NCBI GenBank assembly: GCA_937936355.1
Contig: CALDDM010000002.1
Coordinates: 17,156 to 81,155 of the forward strand
DNA from: Minisyncoccota bacterium
GTDB lineage: Bacteria > Patescibacteriota > Minisyncoccia > Moranbacterales > GCA-2747515
Length of the DNA stretch: 64,000 bases
Direction of reading: 5' to 3'
The position numbers and the translations under genes are program-made. Below the pieces are notes generated by a model. That model searched no databases. It was not told where the DNA came from and saw nothing but the letters and a program-made list of their open reading frames with translations. Positions 25,884 to 35,684 of this stretch are shown piece after piece (the first letter of the stretch is position 1; each line of letters starts with the position of its first letter).

Positions 25884-27692
25884 ATGGCCAAGCGAACTTC
25901 ATATTTTTTGGGAAAAATTTCTCGTGTATGTACAATATTTCTTGATAAAGTTGAATCTTCCCACCTCACACCAAGTCTTTTTGTTGTTGCCTTTAGTGGG
26001 ATTGTCGCTCTTAGAATTGTCATTGAGTCGCTCCTTTCAAGCACTGTTGTGAATAACCCGCATGCCTCATCTTTCTTTAGTCTGTCGCGCTTTATGATGT
26101 ATGAATTTATGCACTTCTACTTTTTGATGTCGTGCATCCTCCTTCTTCTCTTTGTTTGCTTTACTTGTATTTTGCGCTATGACTATGTGCACACACTCAA
26201 GTTTCTCATCATAGGCTTGGGCGTTTTTATACTCCTCCCCCCTGTCATTGATGCGACAGTTTTTTCTGGTTACGCCATAAGAAGTTATTATGAGTTCTAT
26301 AGCCTTAAAGAAGTCTTTGTACACTTCTTTACATTCATGTCTCATGAACCCCTCCTGGGTACTACTCCAGGGCAACGTATTGTCATTGGTCTTTCCCTCT
26401 TATTTCTCATTCCTTTTGCGCGCACTATCCTTGTACGACGCTCTCCATCTCCTTTGTCCATATTCCCCCGCATCGCAACCCTCCTTTTTTTTGTGTATCT
26501 CATTTTTTATGCAGCTGCCACAGCACCATCACTTTTTGTTCTGTGTGCTAGCGCCCTTACTGGTGGCCTCTTCAATGGTGAGATTTTTATGATTTCCTAT
26601 GCCCATATTGCTCAGTTTTTCTTTGGCCCGCTCCTCTCCCCACCCTCACTCGTCCAACCTGATATAACAGCTGTTAGTCATTTTAAGATGTCGCTCATTT
26701 TCTTTATTCTTTCTCTCTTCCTCCTTCTTTGTGTTGTCTTTGTATATACTCGCCAGCTTTTCATAGGACTTCTTGTAAATATGCGCCCAGCTCAAACTCT
26801 CTACCACTGTGCACTTTTGCTTTTTGGCATTATTATTGCCATACTTGTTCGCGGTTATGGACTCGACTTTTCCTTTTTTAATCTCCTTGTGATCACAGCA
26901 CTCCTTTTAAGTGTTGTACTTGCGTGGCTAGGGAGCGTCGTGATTAATGACCTCTATGATGTTGATGTGGATGTCATCTCAAACTCAGATCGACCACTCG
27001 TTTCTGGTATCATCTCTGATACACACTACTTACAACTTGGCATTTACCTCATCGCCCTCTCTAGCACCGTAGCACTTTTTATTAATCTGTATGTCGGACT
27101 TCTTATCGTTGGCTACCACGCCCTCTCCTTCGTCTACAGCATGCCACCATTACGACTCAAAAAATATCCTCTTATAGCTACTGCAACCGCATCACTTGCG
27201 TCGCTTCTTATCATCTTTGCGGGCTATGCCCTCGCATCCCCAACGCAAACAACCCTGCATTTCCCACAGTCACTTGGCTGGCTTATTTTTATCTCGCTTA
27301 CATTTTGCCTGCCGATCAAAGACCTTAAGGATATTGATGGTGATCGAGCAGATGGCACTATCACTCTTCCCACTCTTTTTGGTCCGTATTATACACGTGT
27401 CGTTGTTGCTATGAGTATTTTTACTTCCTATATTGCAAGTGTTTTTGTTTTTCGTGATTTCAATCTTTTTATCCCTGCTCTTGTTTGCGGTAGCGCAAGC
27501 TTTGCTGTCATTCTTTGGCGATCTTCTCGTGCGACTCAACATACCCCATCAGACCTCCTCACTCCTCTCTACACAAAAAAATCCGCACACGCACATTCTT
27601 TTGCATTTCACAGACAGCGCCTTCTCTTATTTCTCGTTGTCTTTGGTCTTGTGTACTGTGCGTACTTTTCTGGTCGCATCAACCTCTCCTGA
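25884..27692 (+). CDS. UbiA-family prenyltransferase with large N-terminal membrane extension
   Basis: INDLYDVDVDVISNSDRPLVSG, YSMPPLRLK and KDLKDIDGDRADG aspartate-rich motifs in the C-terminal half. Confidence 0.85.
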   Translation: MAKRTSYFLGKISRVCTIFLDKVESSHLTPSLFVVAFSGIVALRIVIESLLSSTVVNNPHASSFFSLSRFMMYEFMHFYFLMSCILLLLFVCFTCILRYDYVHTLKFLIIGLGVFILLPPVIDATVFSGYAIRSYYEFYSLKEVFVHFFTFMSHEPLLGTTPGQRIVIGLSLLFLIPFARTILVRRSPSPLSIFPRIATLLFFVYLIFYAAATAPSLFVLCASALTGGLFNGEIFMISYAHIAQFFFGPLLSPPSLVQPDITAVSHFKMSLIFFILSLFLLLCVVFVYTRQLFIGLLVNMRPAQTLYHCALLLFGIIIAILVRGYGLDFSFFNLLVITALLLSVVLAWLGSVVINDLYDVDVDVISNSDRPLVSGIISDTHYLQLGIYLIALSSTVALFINLYVGLLIVGYHALSFVYSMPPLRLKKYPLIATATASLASLLIIFAGYALASPTQTTLHFPQSLGWLIFISLTFCLPIKDLKDIDGDRADGTITLPTLFGPYYTRVVVAMSIFTSYIASVFVFRDFNLFIPALVCGSASFAVILWRSSRATQHTPSDLLTPLYTKKSAHAHSFAFHRQRLLLFLVVFGLVYCAYFSGRINLS

Positions 27693-27708
27693 CTTCTCGC
27701 CTCAGCCT

Positions 27709-28521
27709 TTATAGCCTTTTTATCAAATCCTTCCATTGCTGCATACTCATCTCCTGCGCACGAGCCTCATGCACGATATTTAGCTCAGTAAAAAATTTCT
27801 GTAGCTGTTCCTTCGGAATCCCCAAGGAGTTACTTAAGTTGCTTACTACCTTCTTTCGCTTTGCACTAAATCCTGCGCGCAGTACGCGAAAGAATGCCTT
27901 TGTAGACTCTGGCGTGCACCCTCCATACGACTTGATATCGCTTACATGCAGTACAGCACTATCTACTTGTGGCACTGGATCGAAAGCTTCTGCTGGAACT
28001 GTCAGCACGATATCTGGTTGTCCAAAGTACTGAACAGAAAGACTGAGCAGCGTATGATTACCTGACCGTGCGATAATCCTTTGCGCAACTTCCTTTTGTA
28101 CCATTATTGTCATTTCTTTTGGTGGTAACTGCGACTCGAGAAAAATCCTAATAATCATCGATGTAATGTAATATGGCAAGTTTGCGACGACTTTGTACGT
28201 CGCAATATTATTGTCAGCTAAAAATTGTGGTACGTTAAACATGCGAATATCCTCGTGGAGAAGCGTCAGATTCTCGTGACCATCAAATCTCTTGCGCAGA
28301 GTTGGTATCAGGTCACCATCTGTTTCAATGGCAACCACGTGAACACCTGTCTCAAGCAATCTCTGCGTCAGTGCACCGTCACCTGGCCCCACTTCAAAGA
28401 CCACATCGCTACAGTCTAGACTTGCTGCTATTATTATCTCTTCAATCACACCCTCATCCCTAAGGAAGTTTTGTCCCAAACTTTTCTTGAGTGATTTTTT
28501 TTGCCCTTTCTTTTTTTGCAT
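27709..28521 (-). CDS. rsmA: 16S rRNA m6,2A dimethyltransferase
   Basis: KKSLGQNFL, EVGPGDGALT, VVANLPYYITS, MVQKEVA. Confidence 0.96.
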   Translation of the reverse strand: MQKKKGQKKSLKKSLGQNFLRDEGVIEEIIIAASLDCSDVVFEVGPGDGALTQRLLETGVHVVAIETDGDLIPTLRKRFDGHENLTLLHEDIRMFNVPQFLADNNIATYKVVANLPYYITSMIIRIFLESQLPPKEMTIMVQKEVAQRIIARSGNHTLLSLSVQYFGQPDIVLTVPAEAFDPVPQVDSAVLHVSDIKSYGGCTPESTKAFFRVLRAGFSAKRKKVVSNLSNSLGIPKEQLQKFFTELNIVHEARAQEMSMQQWKDLIKRL

Positions 28522-28900
28522 AGTTTTCTAGTATAGACCCAACCTACCACACAGCATGGATAATGACAAAGTTTACTTTTTTCCTTCAGTTCCTTGCGCT
28601 ATACTTTTAGCATATATCTGATAATCAGAATAAGTTCTTCGACACGATTTATCATCCTACCCCACCCTTATCGCGACGCACCTCATAGAGCTTCTCATTT
28701 CGAGACCTGCGTGTTCTCAATTGGCTCTACAGTATTGTAAGACTTTTTACTTTCGTGCATTTTACCTTATGTAATTCATCTAGTATCTACATCTTGGCAT
28801 CTACATACACCATCTCGTATCAAAAAAGCACCATACTCCATGATGCGCTCTTGGTTTCGTCGAAAGCTCGTTTTCTGAGCTTTCGACTTTTTGTGACAAT

Positions 28901-29248
28901 TTAATTGCTCACCTCTTCCCAGACAAGATATCCATCACTTGTCACTGTAAATTTCCACCGCATACCGACTGGTTGAAACTCGTTGTTTTCGTCAAGATTA
29001 ATTGGCTTTGTAAGCCAAAATTTTTCTCGCGATTTATTATAGTATGCAATGACAACAATGTATTTGTTACCTTGCACTACCACTTCGTAGTATTTTTTTT
29101 CACAATCAGGTGCCTCAGAAGTTTTTTTGCCATTCACTGCACTGCAGTCATTGACTTCCACACTTTTCGCCTTGTTCTGAGCACCCACATTACTTCCATA
29201 CAGGCTAAGAAATAATGCTATTGCAACCTTATAAAGAGTCTTGCTCAT
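28901..29248 (-). CDS. Secreted hypothetical protein
   Basis: Signal-peptide-like N-terminus; downstream hairpin at about 28859-28888. Confidence 0.6.
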   Translation of the reverse strand: MSKTLYKVAIALFLSLYGSNVGAQNKAKSVEVNDCSAVNGKKTSEAPDCEKKYYEVVVQGNKYIVVIAYYNKSREKFWLTKPINLDENNEFQPVGMRWKFTVTSDGYLVWEEVSN

Positions 29249-29458
29249 TTTTGGTTTACCCTTATTGCTCGTCCAGATTGACCAATATACTTTAGACCAT
29301 ATCCTTTATTTTGTCTAGCTCATTGTTCCAATGTGCCTATCTATCTTTGCACCCCCTCTGACGATGAATTTTATATTGCCCCCCCCTTTTTTTTCTTGTG
29401 ACAAAAACCTCATACAAGCGACTTACGCCTTTTTTGTATGAGGTTTGAATAGCCCTAT

Positions 29459-30049
29459 CTAAGCTTTTATTATTTCAATTTTCCTTGCGTGCCCTGTGAG
29501 CAGTGCAATTGTTTCCAGTACTAGTCTTGTGTATTGATCATCACTCATGCCAATAAGTCTTTTTGCGGCGCGTGAGTGCGTATCATCTTCTCGATGTATC
29601 ACCGTTTCCCAGTCAATTTCTGTGAGATTTCCGCAGATTCGCATGCTAGTGCTCAACATAATATGTCCCCCTAATTCAGGCGGACCTTCGATTACTGCAC
29701 ACTTATTCTGGTTATCAGACTCACGCACTGCCCCACCCCATATAGCAGGTGGTTGACGCACCTCAAGGCTACTTAAGATTTTCGAATGGGACTCCAACGC
29801 AATGGTCATGCGTTGTGCTTTCTCCTCAGACTTACTCTGATTAGGTAGCTCTCCAAATATGAACTGTGATTTGGACTTTTCCATGTCATACCCCGCTATT
29901 TGAAGGAGCATTCCTCGGTGATTGAAATTGCCTGCATAGACGTGTGTTTCCACTTCGGCGCCGTATTGGGCCCACGGAATGCTCTTGATGTCTGGCCAGG
30001 CAGAAGTAAAAAGTCGTCGCATCTTTTGCGGATACTCGCTATTATTCAT
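29459..30049 (-). CDS. Hypothetical protein
   Basis: 196-aa ORF with GAGGAG SD. Confidence 0.6.
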   Translation of the reverse strand: MNNSEYPQKMRRLFTSAWPDIKSIPWAQYGAEVETHVYAGNFNHRGMLLQIAGYDMEKSKSQFIFGELPNQSKSEEKAQRMTIALESHSKILSSLEVRQPPAIWGGAVRESDNQNKCAVIEGPPELGGHIMLSTSMRICGNLTEIDWETVIHREDDTHSRAAKRLIGMSDDQYTRLVLETIALLTGHARKIEIIKA

Positions 30050-30151
30050 GAAAGCTCCTCGGCTTGCTGTAGGGTTTGAATGTTTGAAAGGTACTTCATT
30101 TGGGTATCACAATAGCACAACTGGTCCCTTTTTTCAATGCGTGTTGTTTTT

Positions 30152-31678
30152 TTACTCAGTTTTTGTTCTATACTGAATTGCTTCCGCTATGTGTTGCTTT
30201 TGGACATGGTCTTTTCCTGCGAGATCTGCAATCGTGCGTGCTAGCTTGATGATGCGATGGTATGCTCGTGCAGAGAAGTTGAGTTTCTCAGCAGCGCTCC
30301 GCAGAAGTGCTTCACTTTCAGTATCGAGAGGTGCACAGGTCTTGATTTCGCGTGTACTCATCTGAGCGTTTGTCATCGTTGTCGTATCAGCAAAGCGAGT
30401 GCCTTGCATGTCGCGGGCGCGGTCAACGCGATCCCTAATACTCTCACTTGACTCACCGTCCTTTGCATCCTCTAATTTATTGATATGAATTCTTGGGACC
30501 TCTACATGCATGTCGATTCTGTCGAGAATTGGCCCAGATATTTTCTTGGTATATCTTGCAACTTGTGACGGAGTGCATGTACACGCTTTGTCAGGATCGG
30601 TCACAAATCCACATGGACATGGATTCATTGCCGCGATGAGAATGAAGTCTGCTGGGAAGGTGAGTGTGCCTTTTGCCCGAGAGACGGTGACAATACCATC
30701 TTCCAATGGTTGGCGGAGATTCTCTATAACGTTTCTGGGAAATTCTGCAAACTCGTCAAGAAACAGTACGCCTCTGTGTGCGAGCGATATCTCTCCAGGT
30801 CGTGGACTTGTTCCGCCACCTATGAGTGAAACACTGCTTGCGCTGTTGTGTGGTGCGCGGAATGGTCTCTGTGCAATCAACCGCCTCTCTTGACCAAGTA
30901 AGCCTGCTATGGAATATATTTTGGTGACTTCAAGCGCCTCGCTCATCGTTAGCTTTGGTAAGAGGGAGACAAATGTCTTTGCGAGGAGAGTCTTACCAGA
31001 ACCTGGTGGCCCATTAAAGAGTATGTTGTGGCCACCTGCAGCAGCAATCTCTAGGGCACGTTTAGCATGCTCATGACCTTTGACATCACGCATATCAAGT
31101 GGCGTCTCTGTGTGAGAAAATAACTCCGCAGATGTTATAGGTTTAGCTGACGTGATTTGCACCCTTCCACTCAAATGATCTGAGAGTGACAGTAGATCTT
31201 TAATGCCGGTGACCTGGATTCCTTGTACGACTGCAGCTTCGTCAATGTTTTCCTCTGGAACAAAAATTTCACTATAACCCTTTTCTTTGGCAAAAAGGGT
31301 GATGGGCAAAATCCCATTAACTGGCCTGATGATCCCATCAAGTGCCAGCTCTCCAACAAATATTTTTCCTTGCGGATTAAAGTTAAGTTGTTCGGTAGCT
31401 GCGAGAAATCCAAGTGCGATAGGCACATCATAGATCGGACTTGCTTTCGGTAGATCAGCAGGTGCTAGATTGACTGTTATGCGTCCACATTGGTGTGGTG
31501 GCTTGAAGCCACTGTTTTTTATGGCGCTACTTACACGTTCTCGAGACTCTCTTACGGCGACGTCTGGCAGTCCGACAAGTGTAAAATTATGCAAGCCACC
31601 AGAAAGCACATCTACCTCCACCTCCACTGGCGCACCAGACAATCCAATTGTAGCTGCTGAGAAGATTTTTGATGACAT
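30152..31678 (-). CDS. comM: YifB/ComM Mg-chelatase-like AAA+ ATPase
   Basis: VGLPDVAVRESRERV, GPPGSGKT, PGEISLAHRGVLFLDE, AAMNPCPCG. Confidence 0.92.
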   Translation of the reverse strand: MSSKIFSAATIGLSGAPVEVEVDVLSGGLHNFTLVGLPDVAVRESRERVSSAIKNSGFKPPHQCGRITVNLAPADLPKASPIYDVPIALGFLAATEQLNFNPQGKIFVGELALDGIIRPVNGILPITLFAKEKGYSEIFVPEENIDEAAVVQGIQVTGIKDLLSLSDHLSGRVQITSAKPITSAELFSHTETPLDMRDVKGHEHAKRALEIAAAGGHNILFNGPPGSGKTLLAKTFVSLLPKLTMSEALEVTKIYSIAGLLGQERRLIAQRPFRAPHNSASSVSLIGGGTSPRPGEISLAHRGVLFLDEFAEFPRNVIENLRQPLEDGIVTVSRAKGTLTFPADFILIAAMNPCPCGFVTDPDKACTCTPSQVARYTKKISGPILDRIDMHVEVPRIHINKLEDAKDGESSESIRDRVDRARDMQGTRFADTTTMTNAQMSTREIKTCAPLDTESEALLRSAAEKLNFSARAYHRIIKLARTIADLAGKDHVQKQHIAEAIQYRTKTE

Positions 31679-31736
31679 GTGCGAATACTTTAGTAGTAAT
31701 TACAACTGCCTTACCAGAAAACATTCAATTATCCTC

Positions 31737-32168
31737 CTAAACATCATCCGTGTCAAATTTATCCCCCCTCTTTCCTGAGCAAAAAATGACAAGAGCAGCC
31801 CCACAGAAGATTGCTGTGTCTGCAAGATTGAAACTATTCCACGACACAAGTGATATGTAGTCAATCACGCACCCATGGATTAGCCTATCGACCATGTTCG
31901 CCATGCCTCCACTGACAATAAGCCATAGCCCCATGCGTTTAAGCCGAGAGTCCTCCCCCTTTCCTGTGATCAGAAGAAAAGTGACAAAGAGCATCACACC
32001 ACTCCACAAGAGCACAAAAAATGTCTGTGGTAATACAATGCCAAAAGCGATCCCTGGATTACAATGCACATCCAGCGCACTCCCTGCAATTACGTAGTTT
32101 ATACTTATTAGGAGTCCTACAAAAAGGCCGCTTAGCACTATTTCGAGCATGTAGTCAGTTTTCTTCAT
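31737..32168 (-). CDS. lspA: Lipoprotein signal peptidase II
   Basis: NPGIAFG, GGMANMVDR, GCVIDYI, FNLAD. Confidence 0.85.
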   Translation of the reverse strand: MKKTDYMLEIVLSGLFVGLLISINYVIAGSALDVHCNPGIAFGIVLPQTFFVLLWSGVMLFVTFLLITGKGEDSRLKRMGLWLIVSGGMANMVDRLIHGCVIDYISLVSWNSFNLADTAIFCGAALVIFCSGKRGDKFDTDDV

Positions 32169-32197
32169 TTCCTTCTTTATGGTTAGCTTGTTGTCAA

Positions 32198-32626
32198 TTA
32201 GTAGAAAATATTCTTGAGGTGATTTATTTTTGGTTTTTCACTGCCTGCTTTGTATAGCACCGTGATCGCATCTATGCGCCATACTGCATCCCACAATCCC
32301 TTTTGTGTGATGTACTTTTGTGCAACACGATTAATTTTTTCAATCTTTTTTCTTGTGATTTGCTCTTCAGGTAGTATGACGTTCCCAAGACCTTTTTCTC
32401 TTTTACTAATTGCCCGCGATTTTACCTCAATAAATACTATTTCCTTGTCTTTTTTTGCAATGATGTCAATCTCACCAAGGCGCTTAGCTCCACTGTTGTA
32501 CCAGTTAAAATCAACCACTTCATACCCAGAATCTCGAAGGTACCCTGCTGCATCATTCTCACCTCGCCCGCCTATGCCTTTCTGATTTGAGGCTTTGGCA
32601 CTCACTTTTTTGAATGGAATCCACAT
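32198..32626 (-). CDS. yraN: YraN (UPF0102) family nuclease
   Basis: GGRGENDAAGYL, GEIDIIA, VFIEVKSR, WRIDAI. Confidence 0.9.
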   Translation of the reverse strand: MWIPFKKVSAKASNQKGIGGRGENDAAGYLRDSGYEVVDFNWYNSGAKRLGEIDIIAKKDKEIVFIEVKSRAISKREKGLGNVILPEEQITRKKIEKINRVAQKYITQKGLWDAVWRIDAITVLYKAGSEKPKINHLKNIFY

Positions 32627-32666
32627 GAATCAACTATATCATACTCAGCGTGTGGTTTTTGAACAC

Positions 32667-32705
32667 AAAAAATCCCTCTTGAGACTTCTCTCAAAGGGAT
32701 TTTTT
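32667..32705. terminator. Strong bidirectional terminator
   Basis: aaaaaatccctcttgaga-cttc-tctcaaagggatttttt. Confidence 0.75.
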
Positions 32706-32706
32706 G

Positions 32707-32875
32707 GACTTCATTTATGCATGAGCAGATCACTTACCAGTGAAACATTTCTTGCAGAAATGGGTCCACTGGGCACGTGAGCCCAAAGTATATATATGGC
32801 TCGTGCCGCAATGGTTGTCCGGTTGAACAGACACGTCACTCTCTAAGTCATTATTTCCGGGTGAAAAAACAATGG
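32707..32875 (-). ncRNA. Candidate structured ncRNA
   Basis: Three hairpins (32737-32772, 32772-32807, 32816-32833) closed by GACTT/AAGTC, lying between an extended -10 (TGCTACAAT, 32883-32891) and a terminator. Confidence 0.35.
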
Positions 32876-33699
32876 TTAGGGTATTGTAGCAATGTACAAT
32901 GTTGCGTGAATTTTCAACAGACTTTTCTCATGGTTTCATCATGATACTTCTTCTTTCCGAATCAAGGACTGTGTCCCTTTGCTCTCAAGGAGCTTTAATT
33001 AAGGTACTGGTTACAAATTCATGTAAAGCTTTTTTTATTTTTGTTTTGCTTTTTGTCGAAGATGATACTTCGGATGGAAGTCCATCCGACTAGGTAGTAG
33101 ATCAACTATGCGCGATGCATATTGGATTGGTTACCTAGCGGATGAACCGCCACGTGATTTTGTTTTTGTTTTTTATGCGTGGTTTTGAAACGTATATTTC
33201 TTTGAAATAAAAACCGCACGAATAAAGCGGGTCAATAAACCCCCAATATTTTGATTCAGAGAGAAGTGTTTCCAACCATAAATAGGGGGTAATTATGATT
33301 GGAAACACTTCCTCCGATTCTTTTTGTTAATGATCTTGCTCTTTGTATACTGTCTAAGGTTTTTGTTTGGTGTTGCCTCTGTCTCAACCTTATAGAACCA
33401 TTATAGCAAGAATTTTACACTTGGTCAATGTGACTTGTCTTTTTTTGTTTTAAACACTAGCGTTTTTGATTATTTTCTTTCTCTTGCACGCCTCTCTTAA
33501 CTTTTATACTTTTATTTTTCTTTTTATAAAGTAAATTCCTTTTCTATTTTCACCCACTCTTTTGTGTTTTTTCTTTTTTTATAAACAGGTTGTGCACAGA
33601 TTTTCTCATTTACACATCTTCTTTGCCCTTATAATTTGATTCTGATTTTCACACTTGCATGAGAATGTAAAAGCCTCACAAATTGCGAGGCTTTCTAGA

Positions 33700-35535
33700 C
33701 TAGAGCGTTGATGGGGCATTAAAGATTTCTGTGTTTGTATCAGTCGGTCCCGTTTGCTGTGAGCCTTCCGCTACGTCACTTCCCTGTCCAACACCCTGGG
33801 CGGTTATCTCATCTTGATCATAGCGATCTAAAATAGTGCGCTGCGATAATTGGCTTGTTCCTATGTAAACATTTTTATCTGTGACCGTGTAGTCAATTGA
33901 GATTGATTCTGATTCTGTCATGTTCAGATACCGTACTACGTAGTCACCGTAAATGTTATCACTAAATGATCCAAGTGGAGACTTGAATGGAATCTCTGGA
34001 TAAAAGGCCTGCGCCAAGTTTGGCATTGATGGCTCTGCTGCAAGTAGCGCAGATCGCATCTCCTGTTCTTTGTCTGCCTCGATGCCTAATCCTAGGCCAA
34101 ACCGCACCTCGCCATTGTCTGGGACCGCATAGATCTTGAATGCATCACTTGCCGCATCTAGTATAGACTGGTCTAGTGCTGTCTCTGTGAGAAATACGAA
34201 TGACTCAAGTGTTATGGGATTTCCAGCTGCATCGGTAACCAAGAATTCCACTGGTAGCCGATCTTCTTGAATAGGTAGGTTCCTATTGATCTCGTCTATT
34301 TTTTGTGAGAAATCCTGTGCTGCGGTTGTGCCATCTGTGATCTCGATCGTATTTGGTAGCTCTGTACTATATTGCTTTATACTGTTCGAAGGTTTTTCTG
34401 GCTGCGTATCACCTGCTTCTTCTGGCAACTCTGTGTTTACCTGATCCTCGGTAAGATTAGTTGCCCCCTCCTCTTGTTTTTCATCTTTCTTCAGTAAATC
34501 TGCTATAAAACCTCCCTTTGTCTGCCATAGATACCACGCTAATATTGCACCACCGATCAAAAGTAATAATGTAGTAATACCTGCAATTATTTTTCCGATT
34601 TTTCTGGACGATGATTTGGCAGGGCTTGGCATTCCATCTATCTTTAACCCAGGTATATTTATGTCTTTGGAGCTTCCAATCTCAGCGCTGCGAAGTGCAT
34701 CATCTAAGGGACTAGGCTGGGACTTATTTTTTGCGGTCTTCCCAGTCTGTGGCATCTCTGAAACAAGCTTTTCAAATGCTGCGTCTGCATCCTTTTGGGA
34801 TTTTGTTCCTGCAGGTAACTGATCAGCAGCACCTTCTTTTGTAAAAAAACTTGTCTCTGGAGTGAATGATTCCTTCGGTGCTGCTTGCTGTGCAGCATTA
34901 TCCATCGTCGGTTGCTCAGGGCTCGCAAAAAATGGATTGTCTGCTTGACTGCTAGATGGTGTCATCATATCTTGCGTTTGTGTTTTGGCTCCTGGCAGAT
35001 CAGCACTTGCAAGCTTGGTGTTCTGATTGTTTGCAGCCGCGCCTGTGCGGTCTGTTTGTACGCCCATACTTACATTAGCAGCTATTTGATCTTTTGTAGC
35101 TAACTGTATTGGGTTTGCAACCTCTTGATTTGGCAATTTGCTATTGACACCCTGAGCAGATGGCTGACTTGTTGGCTGAACTGTGTTGGGTTGGGGTTGT
35201 GTTGTAGCTATGACTGGCTCTTGCACGTTCAAGAATGGACTTGCCTCTAGTTCTTGACTAGGCAGAGTACCCTTCACTGGTTGGTCAGCGGTCGCACCTA
35301 GATTGTTGACAGCCTGGGACTCTTCAACGTCTTTTTTCTTGCTTCTTCCGAAGAATCCTAACTTCTTCTCCTTGGGCTGTGTGTCCGTAGTGTGCTGATT
35401 ATTTGCCGTGCTAGATGTGGGAACAGCACCTTGCGTCAATGCTGCAATATCGTCTTGCATTGTGTGTACAAGCAGGTCGTCGCCAGACTGTTGAGCTTTC
35501 TTTTTAGGCGCCTTCTTTTTTTTAAGTCCAAACAT
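33700..35535 (-). CDS. Bitopic membrane protein with long low-complexity cytoplasmic N-terminus
   Basis: Q/P/T/S-rich region, single TM (IIAGITTLLLLIGGAILAWYLW), acidic extracellular domain. Confidence 0.8.
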   Translation of the reverse strand: MFGLKKKKAPKKKAQQSGDDLLVHTMQDDIAALTQGAVPTSSTANNQHTTDTQPKEKKLGFFGRSKKKDVEESQAVNNLGATADQPVKGTLPSQELEASPFLNVQEPVIATTQPQPNTVQPTSQPSAQGVNSKLPNQEVANPIQLATKDQIAANVSMGVQTDRTGAAANNQNTKLASADLPGAKTQTQDMMTPSSSQADNPFFASPEQPTMDNAAQQAAPKESFTPETSFFTKEGAADQLPAGTKSQKDADAAFEKLVSEMPQTGKTAKNKSQPSPLDDALRSAEIGSSKDINIPGLKIDGMPSPAKSSSRKIGKIIAGITTLLLLIGGAILAWYLWQTKGGFIADLLKKDEKQEEGATNLTEDQVNTELPEEAGDTQPEKPSNSIKQYSTELPNTIEITDGTTAAQDFSQKIDEINRNLPIQEDRLPVEFLVTDAAGNPITLESFVFLTETALDQSILDAASDAFKIYAVPDNGEVRFGLGLGIEADKEQEMRSALLAAEPSMPNLAQAFYPEIPFKSPLGSFSDNIYGDYVVRYLNMTESESISIDYTVTDKNVYIGTSQLSQRTILDRYDQDEITAQGVGQGSDVAEGSQQTGPTDTNTEIFNAPSTL

Positions 35536-35684
35536 TTTTTCGTTTTGATTTTTATGAGGCCTTCGTTTTGCTGTGTTTTTGCATACCCCTTAGTGTATTG
35601 GAGTATTTTACAGACAAAGACACGATGTCATTTTCGTGTCTTTATTGTATCATATTTTATTGACTTGAGTTATAGCGTCTTTAC

